Below the pieces are notes generated by a model. It was not told the origin of the DNA and ran no database searches. It was given only the letters and a program-made list of their open reading frames with translations. Position numbers and translations under genes: made by a program. Source: Vicinamibacterales bacterium (GTDB taxonomy: Bacteria > Acidobacteriota > Vicinamibacteria > Vicinamibacterales > 2-12-FULL-66-21). From it: 64,000 nt of DNA. The stretch is taken from assembly GCA_035620975.1 (NCBI GenBank), contig DASPFV010000219.1:6908-70907 (forward strand). Reading direction: 5' to 3'. Shown in pieces: positions 46,033-55,135 of the stretch. The first letter of the stretch is position 1. Each line of letters begins with the position of its first letter.

Positions 46033-46241
46033 TGCCGGGTACCATGGGTATCACGAGTGCCATGAGTGCACAGGTGGCATTCGAGGCTGCCGTCCTCTTC
46101 AGTCTCGACGGCGATGCGATCCAGCGGGTCGACTATCGCGAGACCACGCACTACCTCATCACGCGTGATTTCCTCAACTCACCGGAGAGGTTCTTCAAGC
46201 ATCTCTTCGAGACGGCTGACGATACGGGCAGCGATGCCTAG
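46032..46241 (+). CDS. Small hypothetical protein coupled to the multicopper oxidase
   Basis: Its ATG overlaps the oxidase stop (TAATG). The 69-aa ORF has coding-like third-position GC. No family recognised. Confidence 0.4.
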   Translation: MPGTMGITSAMSAQVAFEAAVLFSLDGDAIQRVDYRETTHYLITRDFLNSPERFFKHLFETADDTGSDA

Positions 46242-46328
46242 CCCCCGTTTGCAGGCCACGGTTCCGGTGGGCTCTGGGCTGCCGCGGCTGAAGCCGCACC
46301 TTGTACCGCTCTCCCAACAGGCCTGGAT

Positions 46329-47081
46329 GTGTTGACTCCCATGACAGCCGTCCAAGACGCAGCGCAGCCGACCGGGCGACGGCCGGGCCCCGGGCGCTAT
46401 CTGGCGCCGATACTGACCGGGCTGCTCATTGTCGCGGCCGGTCTGCTCCCGTGGATGCTGCTCGCACGGGTCAACGCGCGCGTTCGCCCGGATCTTCCCT
46501 GGGCGGCCGTGGTGACCGCAGCTTACCTCGGGCTCCTGCTGGTGTGGCTCAATGGCTGGGGGCCTCCGAGGGGGACCGCAGATCAGCGGCACCAGAGTCT
46601 CAGGCTCTGGCCGCCAGGCCCGCGTGGCGCTGACGGCCTCGCGGCCGGAGTCGTCATGGGGCTGCTGGGGCTGTTGTACGGGCTGTGGATCGTGATCAGC
46701 CGCATGTCGCCCACGCCCGATCTGAGCGTGTATCCGACCACGTCCTACCGGTGGTCCATGTTCATCATGGGCGGGCTCACCGCGGGCGTGGTGGAAGAAG
46801 CGGGGTTTCGCGGGTACATGCAGACCGGGATCGAAAGACATGACCGCGAGAACGCCATCTGGCTCACCAGCCTGGTCTTCGCCGCATCGCACATCACACA
46901 CGGGATCGGCGCCGTCCTGATCATGGGACCGGGGCTGTTCATCGCCTCCATGCTCTATGGCACCCTCGCGCGGCGGAAGGGGACCATCCTCCCGGGCATG
47001 GCGATCCACGTCCTGGGCGATCTCGCGCGTGTATACTTCGGCGTGCTCCAGGGAGATGGCAGCCGGCTCTTCGTGACCTGA
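46329..47081 (+). CDS. CPBP-family intramembrane glutamic endopeptidase (CAAX protease-like)
   Basis: Motifs VVEEAGFRGY (EExxxR), FAASHITH (FxxxH) and MAIHVLGD (HxxxD/N) within a polytopic membrane protein. Confidence 0.85.
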   Translation: MLTPMTAVQDAAQPTGRRPGPGRYLAPILTGLLIVAAGLLPWMLLARVNARVRPDLPWAAVVTAAYLGLLLVWLNGWGPPRGTADQRHQSLRLWPPGPRGADGLAAGVVMGLLGLLYGLWIVISRMSPTPDLSVYPTTSYRWSMFIMGGLTAGVVEEAGFRGYMQTGIERHDRENAIWLTSLVFAASHITHGIGAVLIMGPGLFIASMLYGTLARRKGTILPGMAIHVLGDLARVYFGVLQGDGSRLFVT

Positions 47082-47094
47082 ACGAGGGTTCAGG
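47077..47094 (+). terminator. Hairpin overlapping the CPBP stop codon (weak terminator candidate)
   Basis: CCTGAAC-GAGG-GTTCAGG forms a 7-bp stem. No downstream T-tract. Confidence 0.25.
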
Positions 47095-47220
47095 CCTACG
47101 ATGAGCCGTCTGACAGGCCGATGACAGCGAAGGGGCCGATTTGACCGACGCGTTTCATGAATAATCCGGGGCTAGCAGTCTGACGGTGTACGACCACCCC
47201 CTCTGATCCAGCATCCTGCA

Positions 47221-47625
47221 ATGGCCACTCCAGCGACCGTGACCGAGTACATCGCCTCGGCACCCCCGAAGGCTGCGAAGGCGCTTCGGCAGATTCGTGC
47301 CGCAATCAGGAAAGCCGCTCCTGGCATCACAGAGCGCATCAGCTACCGGATTCCGACCTTCGACCTCGACGGCAAGTACCTGTTGTACATGGCGGGGTTC
47401 AGGGACCATGTCAGCGTCTACCCGAGGACCGCCAGCATGATGGAGCGGTATGGGAAGCAGTTGGCGGCCCACAAGTCCGGCGCCGGGACAGTGCGTTTTG
47501 ACCTGGATGCGCCGCTGCCACTCGCGCTGATCACGAAGCTCGCGAAGCTGCGGGTGGAGGAGCGTCGAGCGGCCAGGGGAGGGAAGCAAGCCCGGCCAGG
47601 CGCGCGGAGGAAGTCGAGGCGGTAG
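47221..47625 (+). CDS. DUF1801 (YdhG-like) domain protein
   Basis: VTEYIASAPPKAAKALRQIRAAIRKAAPGITERISYRIPTF..GKYLLYMAGFRDHVSVYP is typical of the DUF1801 family. Confidence 0.8.
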   Translation: MATPATVTEYIASAPPKAAKALRQIRAAIRKAAPGITERISYRIPTFDLDGKYLLYMAGFRDHVSVYPRTASMMERYGKQLAAHKSGAGTVRFDLDAPLPLALITKLAKLRVEERRAARGGKQARPGARRKSRR

Positions 47626-47706
47626 ACTCAGGTGGGCGTCTGCAGAGCCGGCTGCACGCATCTTTTTGACTTCCGGCACGGCTCGGCGCTACTGTGAACT
47701 GGTCGC

Positions 47707-48081
47707 ATGAGGCACTTGCGCCGGATTCTCCCTCGACTGGCGTTTGCGTGGCTGCTTTGCGAAGCCGCGACGCTGGCGCTCGCGCCGACGGTCTCCTGGC
47801 TGGGGTCGGTCGAAGAGCTGTTCGCATGCAACTGCACGCATGGCGACCATGCGATGTGCCCGATGCACCACAAGCCGGCGCCGGGATCGCGGATCTGTCT
47901 GATGCAGAGCGCCGGCGACACCGACACGGCCGTGCTGCCGACCCTCTTCGGGGGCGCGGGGCCGTTGCCTCAGCCGGCCACGCCGGCGGCACCCCGTTCC
48001 CAGGGCACGATGCTGCTCGCCGCGACGATCGCGCCGGCAGGCCTGTCAGCACCTCCCGATCCTCCACCGCCTCGCCTGTAA
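47707..48081 (+). CDS. Small exported Cys/His/Met-rich protein with Pro-rich tail
   Basis: N-terminal hydrophobic helix (LAFAWLLCEAATLALA), a dense ligand cluster ACNCTHGDHAMCPMHHK...ICLM, and a C-terminal APPDPPPPRL. Codon bias is coding-like. It ends 178 nt upstream of the TonB-dependent receptor. Confidence 0.6.
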   Translation: MRHLRRILPRLAFAWLLCEAATLALAPTVSWLGSVEELFACNCTHGDHAMCPMHHKPAPGSRICLMQSAGDTDTAVLPTLFGGAGPLPQPATPAAPRSQGTMLLAATIAPAGLSAPPDPPPPRL

Positions 48082-48259
48082 CGCCACAGCCCATTCAGTA
48101 ACGGCACTCGTGTGCCCGGGAGCTTCCGGGTCCGTGTGTCGGGTGGTGCGCTCTGTCAGGGAGGCGCCCACTCGCCACGGCGGCGGCCGCGGACAGCACC
48201 GGCGGCTCGAGAGCCGTTTGTGTCGCAGTTGGCGCACGAAGGCGCGGGGAGGAGTGTCC

Positions 48260-50473
48260 ATGCGTTTCGTCACGTTCATCACAGGCCTGATGCTGCTGGC
48301 CTGGACCGCAGCACCAGTCCAGGCTCAGTCGTCGGCGCTGACGGGAACCGTGCAGGATCAATCCGGGCTGCCGTTGCCGGGCGCGACGATTCTCATAACC
48401 GGCGCAGCCGGCACTGTTCTGGCGGCTACACATTCTCAGGGGGATGGTTCGTGGGCAGTTCGAAGCCTGCCCGAGGGAGCAGTCCGTCTCACGATCCAGT
48501 TGTCAGGGTTCCGGCCGGAGAGCCGGGACATTGCCGGAACAGCGATCGGACAGCCGCTTGTCGTCAGGCTGGCCGTCGGCGGGTACGCGAGCGAAGTGAC
48601 GGTGACAGCCTCGCGCGACGAACGCACGCTGGCGTCCGTGCCGGCATCAGTGGGCGTGGTGTCCGGCGGCGTACTGGAAAACGCTCCGGGCGTGAACCTC
48701 GTCGAGACGTTGAAGTACGTTCCGGGCGTCGCGGCGGGGGATGTCTCGGGCGTGGACGATCTGCGCATCTCGATCCGCGGCGCCGGCATCCGCGCCGGCT
48801 TCGGCTCACGCGGGGTCGTCCTGATGACCGATGGATTCCCGGTCACGGAGCCCGACGGACAGACGCCCCATTTCGACGGCCAGATCGATCTTGCCAACGC
48901 CGCACGGATCGAGGTGGTGAAAGGTCCCTCGTCGGCGCTCTATGGCGGAGCGGCCCTGGGGGGCGTCGTGAACGTGGTGACGCGTGCGCCCGTGCGAACC
49001 CCTGGCGTCACTATGCGCGCCGAGGGCGGCTCGTTCGACTTCGCGAAGGCGCACGTGGCGGGCTCGTCTGGCGCCGGGCCCCTGGTGATAGGCGGGACGT
49101 TCAGCTACACGACTATCGACGGTTTCAGGGACCACAACAGCCTTCGGAACTGGGCCGGTTCCGCCCGCGCGGACTGGACGAAGGAGCGGTCGCGCGCCGT
49201 ATTCACGTTTCTCGGCACCGATGCCAGCCTGGACCTGCCCGGGACCCTCGACCGGGAACAGTTCGAGGCCGATCCCTCGCAGGTGCGGCCGGTCTACGTC
49301 ATCAACGACTGGGGGCGGGAGAACACGCTCTATCGCTTTGGCGGCCGATACGAGCACCACCTGGGTAACGGCCAGACCGTGGAGTTCGGCTCGTACGGTC
49401 AGACTCGCGATCTCTTCCACCCAATTTTCGTCGTCATCGACCAGGACGCGTGGCGATACGTCGTGAACGGCCGCTATCGCCTGGTGCGGGGCCGTCACGC
49501 GCTGACCACGGGCGCCGACGTCGACGTCCAGTGGGTCGACGATCGCTGGTTCGTCAACGCCGGAGGCCGACCGGCTTTTCAGATCCGCAACGACGACAAC
49601 ACCGTGTCGAACGCAGGCTTCTACGCGCAGGACGAGATCATGCTCGGCGGGGTTGGCAGTCTGACCGTCGGTGTGCGTGCCGATCGGATCCGGTACGAAC
49701 TGGTCGACCTGCTGCCGGCCGACGGCGACTCGACCGACCAGCGGACGTTCACCCGTGTGAGTCCGAAAATCGGCCTCACGGCGCGGCTTCGTGGCGATCT
49801 GGTCGCGTACGGGAACGTCTCGACGGGCTTCGAAGCGCCCACGCTGGGTGAGGTGCGCCTGCCGGGCGGATTCAACGAGCTGGTGGAGCCGCAGAAGAGT
49901 GTCAGTGTCGAGGGCGGTCTTCGCGGCCAGTCCGGAATGCTCTCGTTCGATGCTGCGGTGTACCGGATGGTGGTCGACGACGAGATTCTCCCGGAGACGA
50001 TCGACAACGTGACGGTGTACCGGAACGTGGCGAAAGCCACTCACACCGGGATCGAGCTGTCCGTTCGCGCCCGTGCGACGCGCGCCCTGTCAATTGAAGG
50101 CACGTACGGGTACTCGCGGTTCATGCTCGATGACTTCGGCGTGTTCAGCGGGAACCGCCTGCCGGGGATTCCGGCGCACATGGGCACGACACGCGTCTCG
50201 TACGTGGATCCACGTGGCTGGGACGCCGCCGCAGCGGTCGTGTTCGCCGGGAAGGCCTACGTGAACGACACCAACGCGGAGGCCGCCGACGGTTACGCGG
50301 TGCTGTCGGCGAGCTGCGGATACCGCATCAAGGGTGTGCGCGTCTTCGCGCGCGGCGAGAACCTCGGCGACGCGCTCTATACGAATCGTGTGCAGGTCAA
50401 CGACGCGTCCGGCTTCTACTACTATCCGGCGCCGGGGCGCCATGCCAGCGCCGGTGTGGAGTGGAGCTGGTAG
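48260..50473 (+). CDS. TonB-dependent outer-membrane receptor with N-terminal carboxypeptidase-regulatory-like domain
   Basis: GGGAGGAG precedes ATG 48260, followed by a signal peptide ending VQAQ. It has a CarboxypepD_reg-like domain (LTGTVQDQSGLPLPGATI), a plug (VEVVKGPSSALYGGAALGGVVNVVT) and a beta-barrel ending in the aromatic terminus GVEWSW. Confidence 0.9.
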   Translation: MRFVTFITGLMLLAWTAAPVQAQSSALTGTVQDQSGLPLPGATILITGAAGTVLAATHSQGDGSWAVRSLPEGAVRLTIQLSGFRPESRDIAGTAIGQPLVVRLAVGGYASEVTVTASRDERTLASVPASVGVVSGGVLENAPGVNLVETLKYVPGVAAGDVSGVDDLRISIRGAGIRAGFGSRGVVLMTDGFPVTEPDGQTPHFDGQIDLANAARIEVVKGPSSALYGGAALGGVVNVVTRAPVRTPGVTMRAEGGSFDFAKAHVAGSSGAGPLVIGGTFSYTTIDGFRDHNSLRNWAGSARADWTKERSRAVFTFLGTDASLDLPGTLDREQFEADPSQVRPVYVINDWGRENTLYRFGGRYEHHLGNGQTVEFGSYGQTRDLFHPIFVVIDQDAWRYVVNGRYRLVRGRHALTTGADVDVQWVDDRWFVNAGGRPAFQIRNDDNTVSNAGFYAQDEIMLGGVGSLTVGVRADRIRYELVDLLPADGDSTDQRTFTRVSPKIGLTARLRGDLVAYGNVSTGFEAPTLGEVRLPGGFNELVEPQKSVSVEGGLRGQSGMLSFDAAVYRMVVDDEILPETIDNVTVYRNVAKATHTGIELSVRARATRALSIEGTYGYSRFMLDDFGVFSGNRLPGIPAHMGTTRVSYVDPRGWDAAAAVVFAGKAYVNDTNAEAADGYAVLSASCGYRIKGVRVFARGENLGDALYTNRVQVNDASGFYYYPAPGRHASAGVEWSW

Positions 50474-50534
50474 CTGTCGCCGCCGCCGGGTCGGCTCAAC
50501 GGTGCGTGGCGACGAGATCGTGTGGTGAGACGAG

Positions 50535-51845
50535 GTGATGACCATGCATGAGGGCTCCTTCCTACATGACCGCGCTGCACGGTGGTCTCTCATGCTGGGG
50601 TGTCTCCTGCTGGTCGTCTCGAACGGCGGAGCCGTCCAGGTGTCACGCGTGACGCCACTCGATGTGCCGGGGCGCTCGAGCTCGACTCCGTGGGTTGCCG
50701 CGGCCGGTCCGTTCGTCGCCGTCGCATGGGGCGCGTCGATCAGCGGGAAGACGGACGTGTTCGTGGCCGTCAGCAGGGACGGCGGGACGACGTTCGGATC
50801 GCCCGTCCAGGTGAATCGCGTGGCCGGCGAAGCGCGGCTGGGGGGTGAGATGCCGCCACGAATTGCCCTCGTGCCGGAAGGGGCATCGAGGGTGCCCGCG
50901 ATTGTCGTGGTGTGGACGGCACGGGGGAAGAACACCGAGATCAAGACGGCGCGCTCTCGTGACGGCGGACGGACATTTGGTTCACCGGTGACCCTTCAGT
51001 CGCCCGGAGCGCAGGGCGACCGTGGCTGGCCGGCGGTCGCCCTGGACCGCGACGGCACCGCCCACGTGCTGTGGCTGGACCACCGTGGGCTCGCGGCCAG
51101 CACGGGGGCGGGAAGCGGCCACGCCGGCCACCGCAGCGGTGCGGCGCACGATGGCGTCGCGATGGCGCAGCGCTCCGGCCTCTACTACGCGTCAGCCAAC
51201 CGGACATCGTCGGCAGAACGTGAACTGGCGAACGGCGTCTGTTACTGCTGCAAGACGGCGATGGTCGCCGCGTCGGACGGCGCGATTTTCGGCGCGTGGC
51301 GGCACGTGTACCCTGGCAACCTCCGCGATATCGCGTTCACCGTGTCGCTGGACGGAGGGAAATCGTTCTCGACGCCCGTGCGTGTCAGCCAGGACGAATG
51401 GGCGATCGAGGGTTGCCCCGACGACGGTCCGGCGATGGATGTCGACAGGGAAGGGACCGCTCACGTGGTGTGGCCGACGAGGATCGGCGGAGCGAATCCC
51501 CAGGGCGCACTGTTTTACGCGTCAACACGGGATGGTCGCGCGTTCACGCCGCGTATCCGCATCCCGACGCTGGGCAGCCTGAAGCCGTCCCACCCGCAGA
51601 TCGTGGTGAACAATCGAGGCAGGATCGTCGTGGCGTGGGACGAGACGGTCGGCGGCCAGCGCGTCGCGTCCGCGCGTGAGCTGCGGGTTGGCGCAGAGGC
51701 CTCGTTCGGAGCGGTCGTGACGCTTGCACCGGAAGGTCGCGCGCTGTATCCGGTGTTGGCGGCCGCTGACACCGGGCTCGTGGCAGTCTGGGCGACTGGC
51801 GGCGCCCCTTCGCGCGTCCTGGCGCGGCGGTTCGAACTGCCCTGA
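50535..51845 (+). CDS. Exported BNR/Asp-box repeat (sialidase-fold) beta-propeller protein
   Basis: Asp-box repeats SRDGGTTF, SRDGGRTF, SLDGGKSF and STRDGRAF. Also has Cys motifs GVCYCCKTA and EGCPDDGP. The N-terminus is hydrophobic. Confidence 0.8.
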   Translation: MMTMHEGSFLHDRAARWSLMLGCLLLVVSNGGAVQVSRVTPLDVPGRSSSTPWVAAAGPFVAVAWGASISGKTDVFVAVSRDGGTTFGSPVQVNRVAGEARLGGEMPPRIALVPEGASRVPAIVVVWTARGKNTEIKTARSRDGGRTFGSPVTLQSPGAQGDRGWPAVALDRDGTAHVLWLDHRGLAASTGAGSGHAGHRSGAAHDGVAMAQRSGLYYASANRTSSAERELANGVCYCCKTAMVAASDGAIFGAWRHVYPGNLRDIAFTVSLDGGKSFSTPVRVSQDEWAIEGCPDDGPAMDVDREGTAHVVWPTRIGGANPQGALFYASTRDGRAFTPRIRIPTLGSLKPSHPQIVVNNRGRIVVAWDETVGGQRVASARELRVGAEASFGAVVTLAPEGRALYPVLAAADTGLVAVWATGGAPSRVLARRFELP

Positions 51846-51906
51846 GCCGCGATTCCGTAATTCGGTGGCCCCGCGGCATCCCCGGGGCCGTGCGGGTCGA
51901 GCGAGG

Positions 51907-52971
51907 CTACGGCTCGCGTGAACGGAACCGGCGCCGATCGATCTGCAGCTTGCGCATGCGCGCGCGGAGCGTGTGCGGATTGATCTGCAGGAGTCGCGCG
52001 GCGCCATGCGGTCCGTCGACGCGACCATAGGTCTCGCGGAGCGCGGCCTCGATATGACGGCGCATCACCACGTCGAGCGGCTCGATCGGAGCCGGCCGGC
52101 CGGCGCCGGGGTTCGTCGCCAGGTTCGTCTGCACCGGTCGCGTGCTCTGGCCGAGGGCGGCCCGGACGTTCAACTCCCGCCCCTGGCCCACGAGCACGGC
52201 GCGATCCATCACCGCCGCCATCTCGCGCACGTTGCCGGGCCATAGGTACTCACTCAGCACCTGGACATCATCTTCCGACACCGGCACCGCGCGTAGACCG
52301 AAACGGTTCGCGGCACGCTCGGCGAAATACTCGGCGAAGGCGCGAATATCGGTGGGCCGGTCACGGAGCGGCGGAATGACGATCGGAAACACCGAGAGCC
52401 GGTAGTACAGATCCTCGCGAAACCTCTGGGTCTCCACCATCGCCGGCAGATCGCGATGGGTGGCGGCGACGATCCGGACGTGGACACGAACCGGTCGCTC
52501 GCCGCCCACGCGGACGACCTCGCCGTCCTGGACCACCCGGAGGAGGCGCACCTGTGCGGCGGGTGCCAGCTCGCCGACCTCGTCGAGGAAGAGCGTCCCG
52601 CCGTCGGCCTGCTCGAACCACCCTTTTCGGCGGCCGACGGCGCCGGTGAACGCGCCAGGCTCGTGACCGAACAGTTCGGAGTCGATGAGCTCGGGAGCAA
52701 TCGCCCCGCAGTTCACACGGCGGAACGGGCCGCCTCGAAACGGGGAGTGTTCGTGGATGGCCCGGGCGATGATCTCTTTCCCGGTGCCCGTCTCCCCGAA
52801 CAGAAGGACAGGCGCCCCGCTCCTGGCCACCACACGGGCCCGCGCCATGACCCCCGCCAGACCGGTGTCGCTCCCGATGAGCCGCTCTTCGCCGGCTCGC
52901 GGGTCACCGGTAATCAGGTGCTCGGGCACCGGTGTCGCACGTGGGCGATGCGCGGCACTTTTCTGTGCCAT
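51907..52971 (-). CDS. Sigma-54-dependent transcriptional activator lacking an N-terminal sensory domain
   Basis: AAA+ Walker A GETGTGKE, the sigma-54 contact loop GAFTGA (EPGAFTGAV), Walker B LFLDEV, and a C-terminal Fis-type HTH (AARLLQINPHTLRARMRKL). Only ~30 residues precede the AAA+ core. Confidence 0.9.
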   Translation of the reverse strand: MAQKSAAHRPRATPVPEHLITGDPRAGEERLIGSDTGLAGVMARARVVARSGAPVLLFGETGTGKEIIARAIHEHSPFRGGPFRRVNCGAIAPELIDSELFGHEPGAFTGAVGRRKGWFEQADGGTLFLDEVGELAPAAQVRLLRVVQDGEVVRVGGERPVRVHVRIVAATHRDLPAMVETQRFREDLYYRLSVFPIVIPPLRDRPTDIRAFAEYFAERAANRFGLRAVPVSEDDVQVLSEYLWPGNVREMAAVMDRAVLVGQGRELNVRAALGQSTRPVQTNLATNPGAGRPAPIEPLDVVMRRHIEAALRETYGRVDGPHGAARLLQINPHTLRARMRKLQIDRRRFRSREP

Positions 52972-53022
52972 AAGACTGAATAGCTATTTTATACCACTGA
53001 AAAACCAGAACATATCAATGAA

Positions 53023-54135
53023 ATGAGCGACCCAGCCAACCGCCGTCCCTGTTCCGGCCAGGTTTCGAGTGGTGCGAATCGTGCTCTCCTGGCGGCCGTG
53101 TCCACTGTCGCCTCGTTGGGACGCGCGCTCGCCTGGATCATGGCGGCTTCCGTCGCAGCAGGGTGCAGTGGCGGGCCCGCTGCGAGCGGAGGCGACGCTG
53201 CAGCCACTGAACTCCTGAATGTCTCCTACGACCCGACGCGGGAGCTATATCAGGACGTGGACGCCGCATTCGCCCGGTCCTGGCGCGCGAAAACCGGCCA
53301 CACCGTGACCGTCCGCCAGTCGCACGGCGGATCCGGCTCCCAGGCGCGATCGGTGATCGACGGCCTGCAGGCTGACGTGGTGACGCTGGCCCTCGCGTAC
53401 GACGTCGATGCCATCACCGGGGCCGGGCTGATCGCGGCCGGCTGGCAGCAGCGGCTCCCCGCGAACAGCGCGCCGTACACCTCGACGATCGTCTTCCTCG
53501 TCCGCAAGGGAAACCCGAGGGGCATTCGCGACTGGCCAGACCTCGTCAGGCCCGCAATCTCCGTGATCACGCCGAACCCGAAGACGTCCGGCGGCGCGCG
53601 CTGGAATTATCTGGCGGCCTGGGGATACGCCCTGCACCAGCCCGGCGGCAACCACGAGAGCGCACGCAACTTCGTGACCCGGCTCTTCGCAAATGTTCCC
53701 GTGCTCGACTCGGGGGCGCGGAGCGCCACCAACACGTTCGTGCAGCGCGGGATCGGTGACGTGCTGCTTGCGTGGGAGAACGAAGCGCACCTCGCGCTGG
53801 CTGAAACCGCCGGCACCGTGGAGATCGTCGCGCCGGCGATCAGCATTCTCGCGGAGCCGCCCGTCGCCGTGGTCGACCGGGTCGTGGACAGACGCGGGAC
53901 GCGCGCCGTCGCTGAAGCGTACCTTCACTTCCTCTACACGCAGGAGGGTCAGGAACTGGCGGCGAAGCACCACTATCGCCCACGCGACCCGCAGGTCGCG
54001 GCAAGGCATGCCGGCGCCTTTGCGGCGGTGCAGCTGTTCACGGTCGACGACGTATTCGGCGGATGGCAGCAGGCGCAGCAGATCCACTTCGCCGACGGCG
54101 GGACGTTCGATCAGATCTACAGGCCCGCCCGGTGA
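53023..54135 (+). CDS. Sulfate/thiosulfate ABC transporter periplasmic binding protein (Sbp/CysP family)
   Basis: [13 protein letters not shown]...[31 protein letters not shown]...[19 protein letters not shown] are family hallmarks. Confidence 0.9.
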   Translation: MSDPANRRPCSGQVSSGANRALLAAVSTVASLGRALAWIMAASVAAGCSGGPAASGGDAAATELLNVSYDPTRELYQDVDAAFARSWRAKTGHTVTVRQSHGGSGSQARSVIDGLQADVVTLALAYDVDAITGAGLIAAGWQQRLPANSAPYTSTIVFLVRKGNPRGIRDWPDLVRPAISVITPNPKTSGGARWNYLAAWGYALHQPGGNHESARNFVTRLFANVPVLDSGARSATNTFVQRGIGDVLLAWENEAHLALAETAGTVEIVAPAISILAEPPVAVVDRVVDRRGTRAVAEAYLHFLYTQEGQELAAKHHYRPRDPQVAARHAGAFAAVQLFTVDDVFGGWQQAQQIHFADGGTFDQIYRPAR

Positions 54136-54268
54136 CTCGCTGGCGCGGCGGGGACGTGGCTACGCGGCAGCTGGAGATCCGTCATGCGAGGCTTCGAACC
54201 CTCACGGGCCACCATCGTGAGAACGACGTGATGCGGCGACCACGCGCGAGGATGCGCGCGAGTGCAGG

Positions 54269-55135
54269 ATGGCCGTGACAGTTGCCAACGCGGCACGCAC
54301 GTTTGTCGGCGGGCGAACGGCGCACACGGTACTCCCCGGCTTCGGGATCACCATCGGGTTCACGCTGGGATATCTCGTGCTCATCGTCCTGATTCCACTG
54401 GCCGGCCTGCCGGTTCGCACCGCCTCCATGGGCTGGGACGCGTTCTGGCAGACCGTGACGGACCCGCGTGTCGTGGCGTCCTACAGGGTCACGCTGACGA
54501 CGTCGCTCTGGGCGGCCTGCGTCAACGGCGTGTTCGGCCTCATCGTGGCGTGGGTGCTGGTGCGGTACGAGTTCCCCGGCCGGCGGTTGGTCGACGCGGT
54601 CGTCGACCTGCCGTTCGCCCTGCCCACGGCCGTCGCGGGCATCACCCTGACGACCCTCTACGCACCGAATGGATGGCTGGGCCGGCCGCTGGCGGCGGCT
54701 GGGGTCCCGGTGGCGTTCACCCCGATGGGGATCACGGTCGCGCTGATCTTCATCGGCCTGCCATTCGTGATCCGGGCGCTGCAGCCCGTCATTCAGGAAC
54801 TGGATCTCGAGCTCGAGGAAGCGGCGGCCAGCCTCGGGGCGACACGATCGCAGATTCTTCTGCGGGTGGTGTTTCCCTACCTGCTGCCAGCGTGGCTGAC
54901 GGGTGTGGCGCTCGCCTTCGCCCGGGCCATAGGGGAATACGGCTCCGTGGTGTTCATCTCGGGCAACATGCCGATGCGGACGGAGATCGCACCGCTCCTC
55001 ATCGTGACGAAGCTCGAGCAGTACGACTATGCCGGCGCCACGGCGGTGGCGTTCGTGATGCTGCTGATGTCGTTCGCGCTGCTGCTGGCCATCAACCTGC
55101 TGCAGATGTGGACGGCGCGGAGGGTGTCCGCATGA
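54269..55135 (+). CDS. cysT: Sulfate ABC transporter permease CysT
   Basis: [25 protein letters not shown]-terminus and the EAA loop ([21 protein letters not shown]). Confidence 0.9.
   Translation: MAVTVANAARTFVGGRTAHTVLPGFGITIGFTLGYLVLIVLIPLAGLPVRTASMGWDAFWQTVTDPRVVASYRVTLTTSLWAACVNGVFGLIVAWVLVRYEFPGRRLVDAVVDLPFALPTAVAGITLTTLYAPNGWLGRPLAAAGVPVAFTPMGITVALIFIGLPFVIRALQPVIQELDLELEEAAASLGATRSQILLRVVFPYLLPAWLTGVALAFARAIGEYGSVVFISGNMPMRTEIAPLLIVTKLEQYDYAGATAVAFVMLLMSFALLLAINLLQMWTARRVSA

Noticed and set aside
43624-47094. Dispersed GGTTCAGG octamers (43624, 47087), read as possible further copies of the TA-flanking repeat
   Set aside because: A few extra 8-mer hits in 64 kb on two strands are close to chance expectation. 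Only the clustered copies at 34637-34682 and 35486-35520 share extended similarity.
52953-52968. GGCACTTTTCTGTGCC as a sigma-54 -24/-12 promoter for sbp
   Set aside because: The GG-to-GC spacing is one nucleotide longer than consensus (TGGCAC-N5-TTGC), and the element is also a simple palindrome inside the activator's coding start. It is kept only as a note in the related finding.
54262-55131. N-terminal 290 codons of the 575-aa ORF containing cysW
   Set aside because: This part overlaps cysT in a different frame. CysW homology starts at ATG 55132, which forms an ATGA overlap with the cysT stop.
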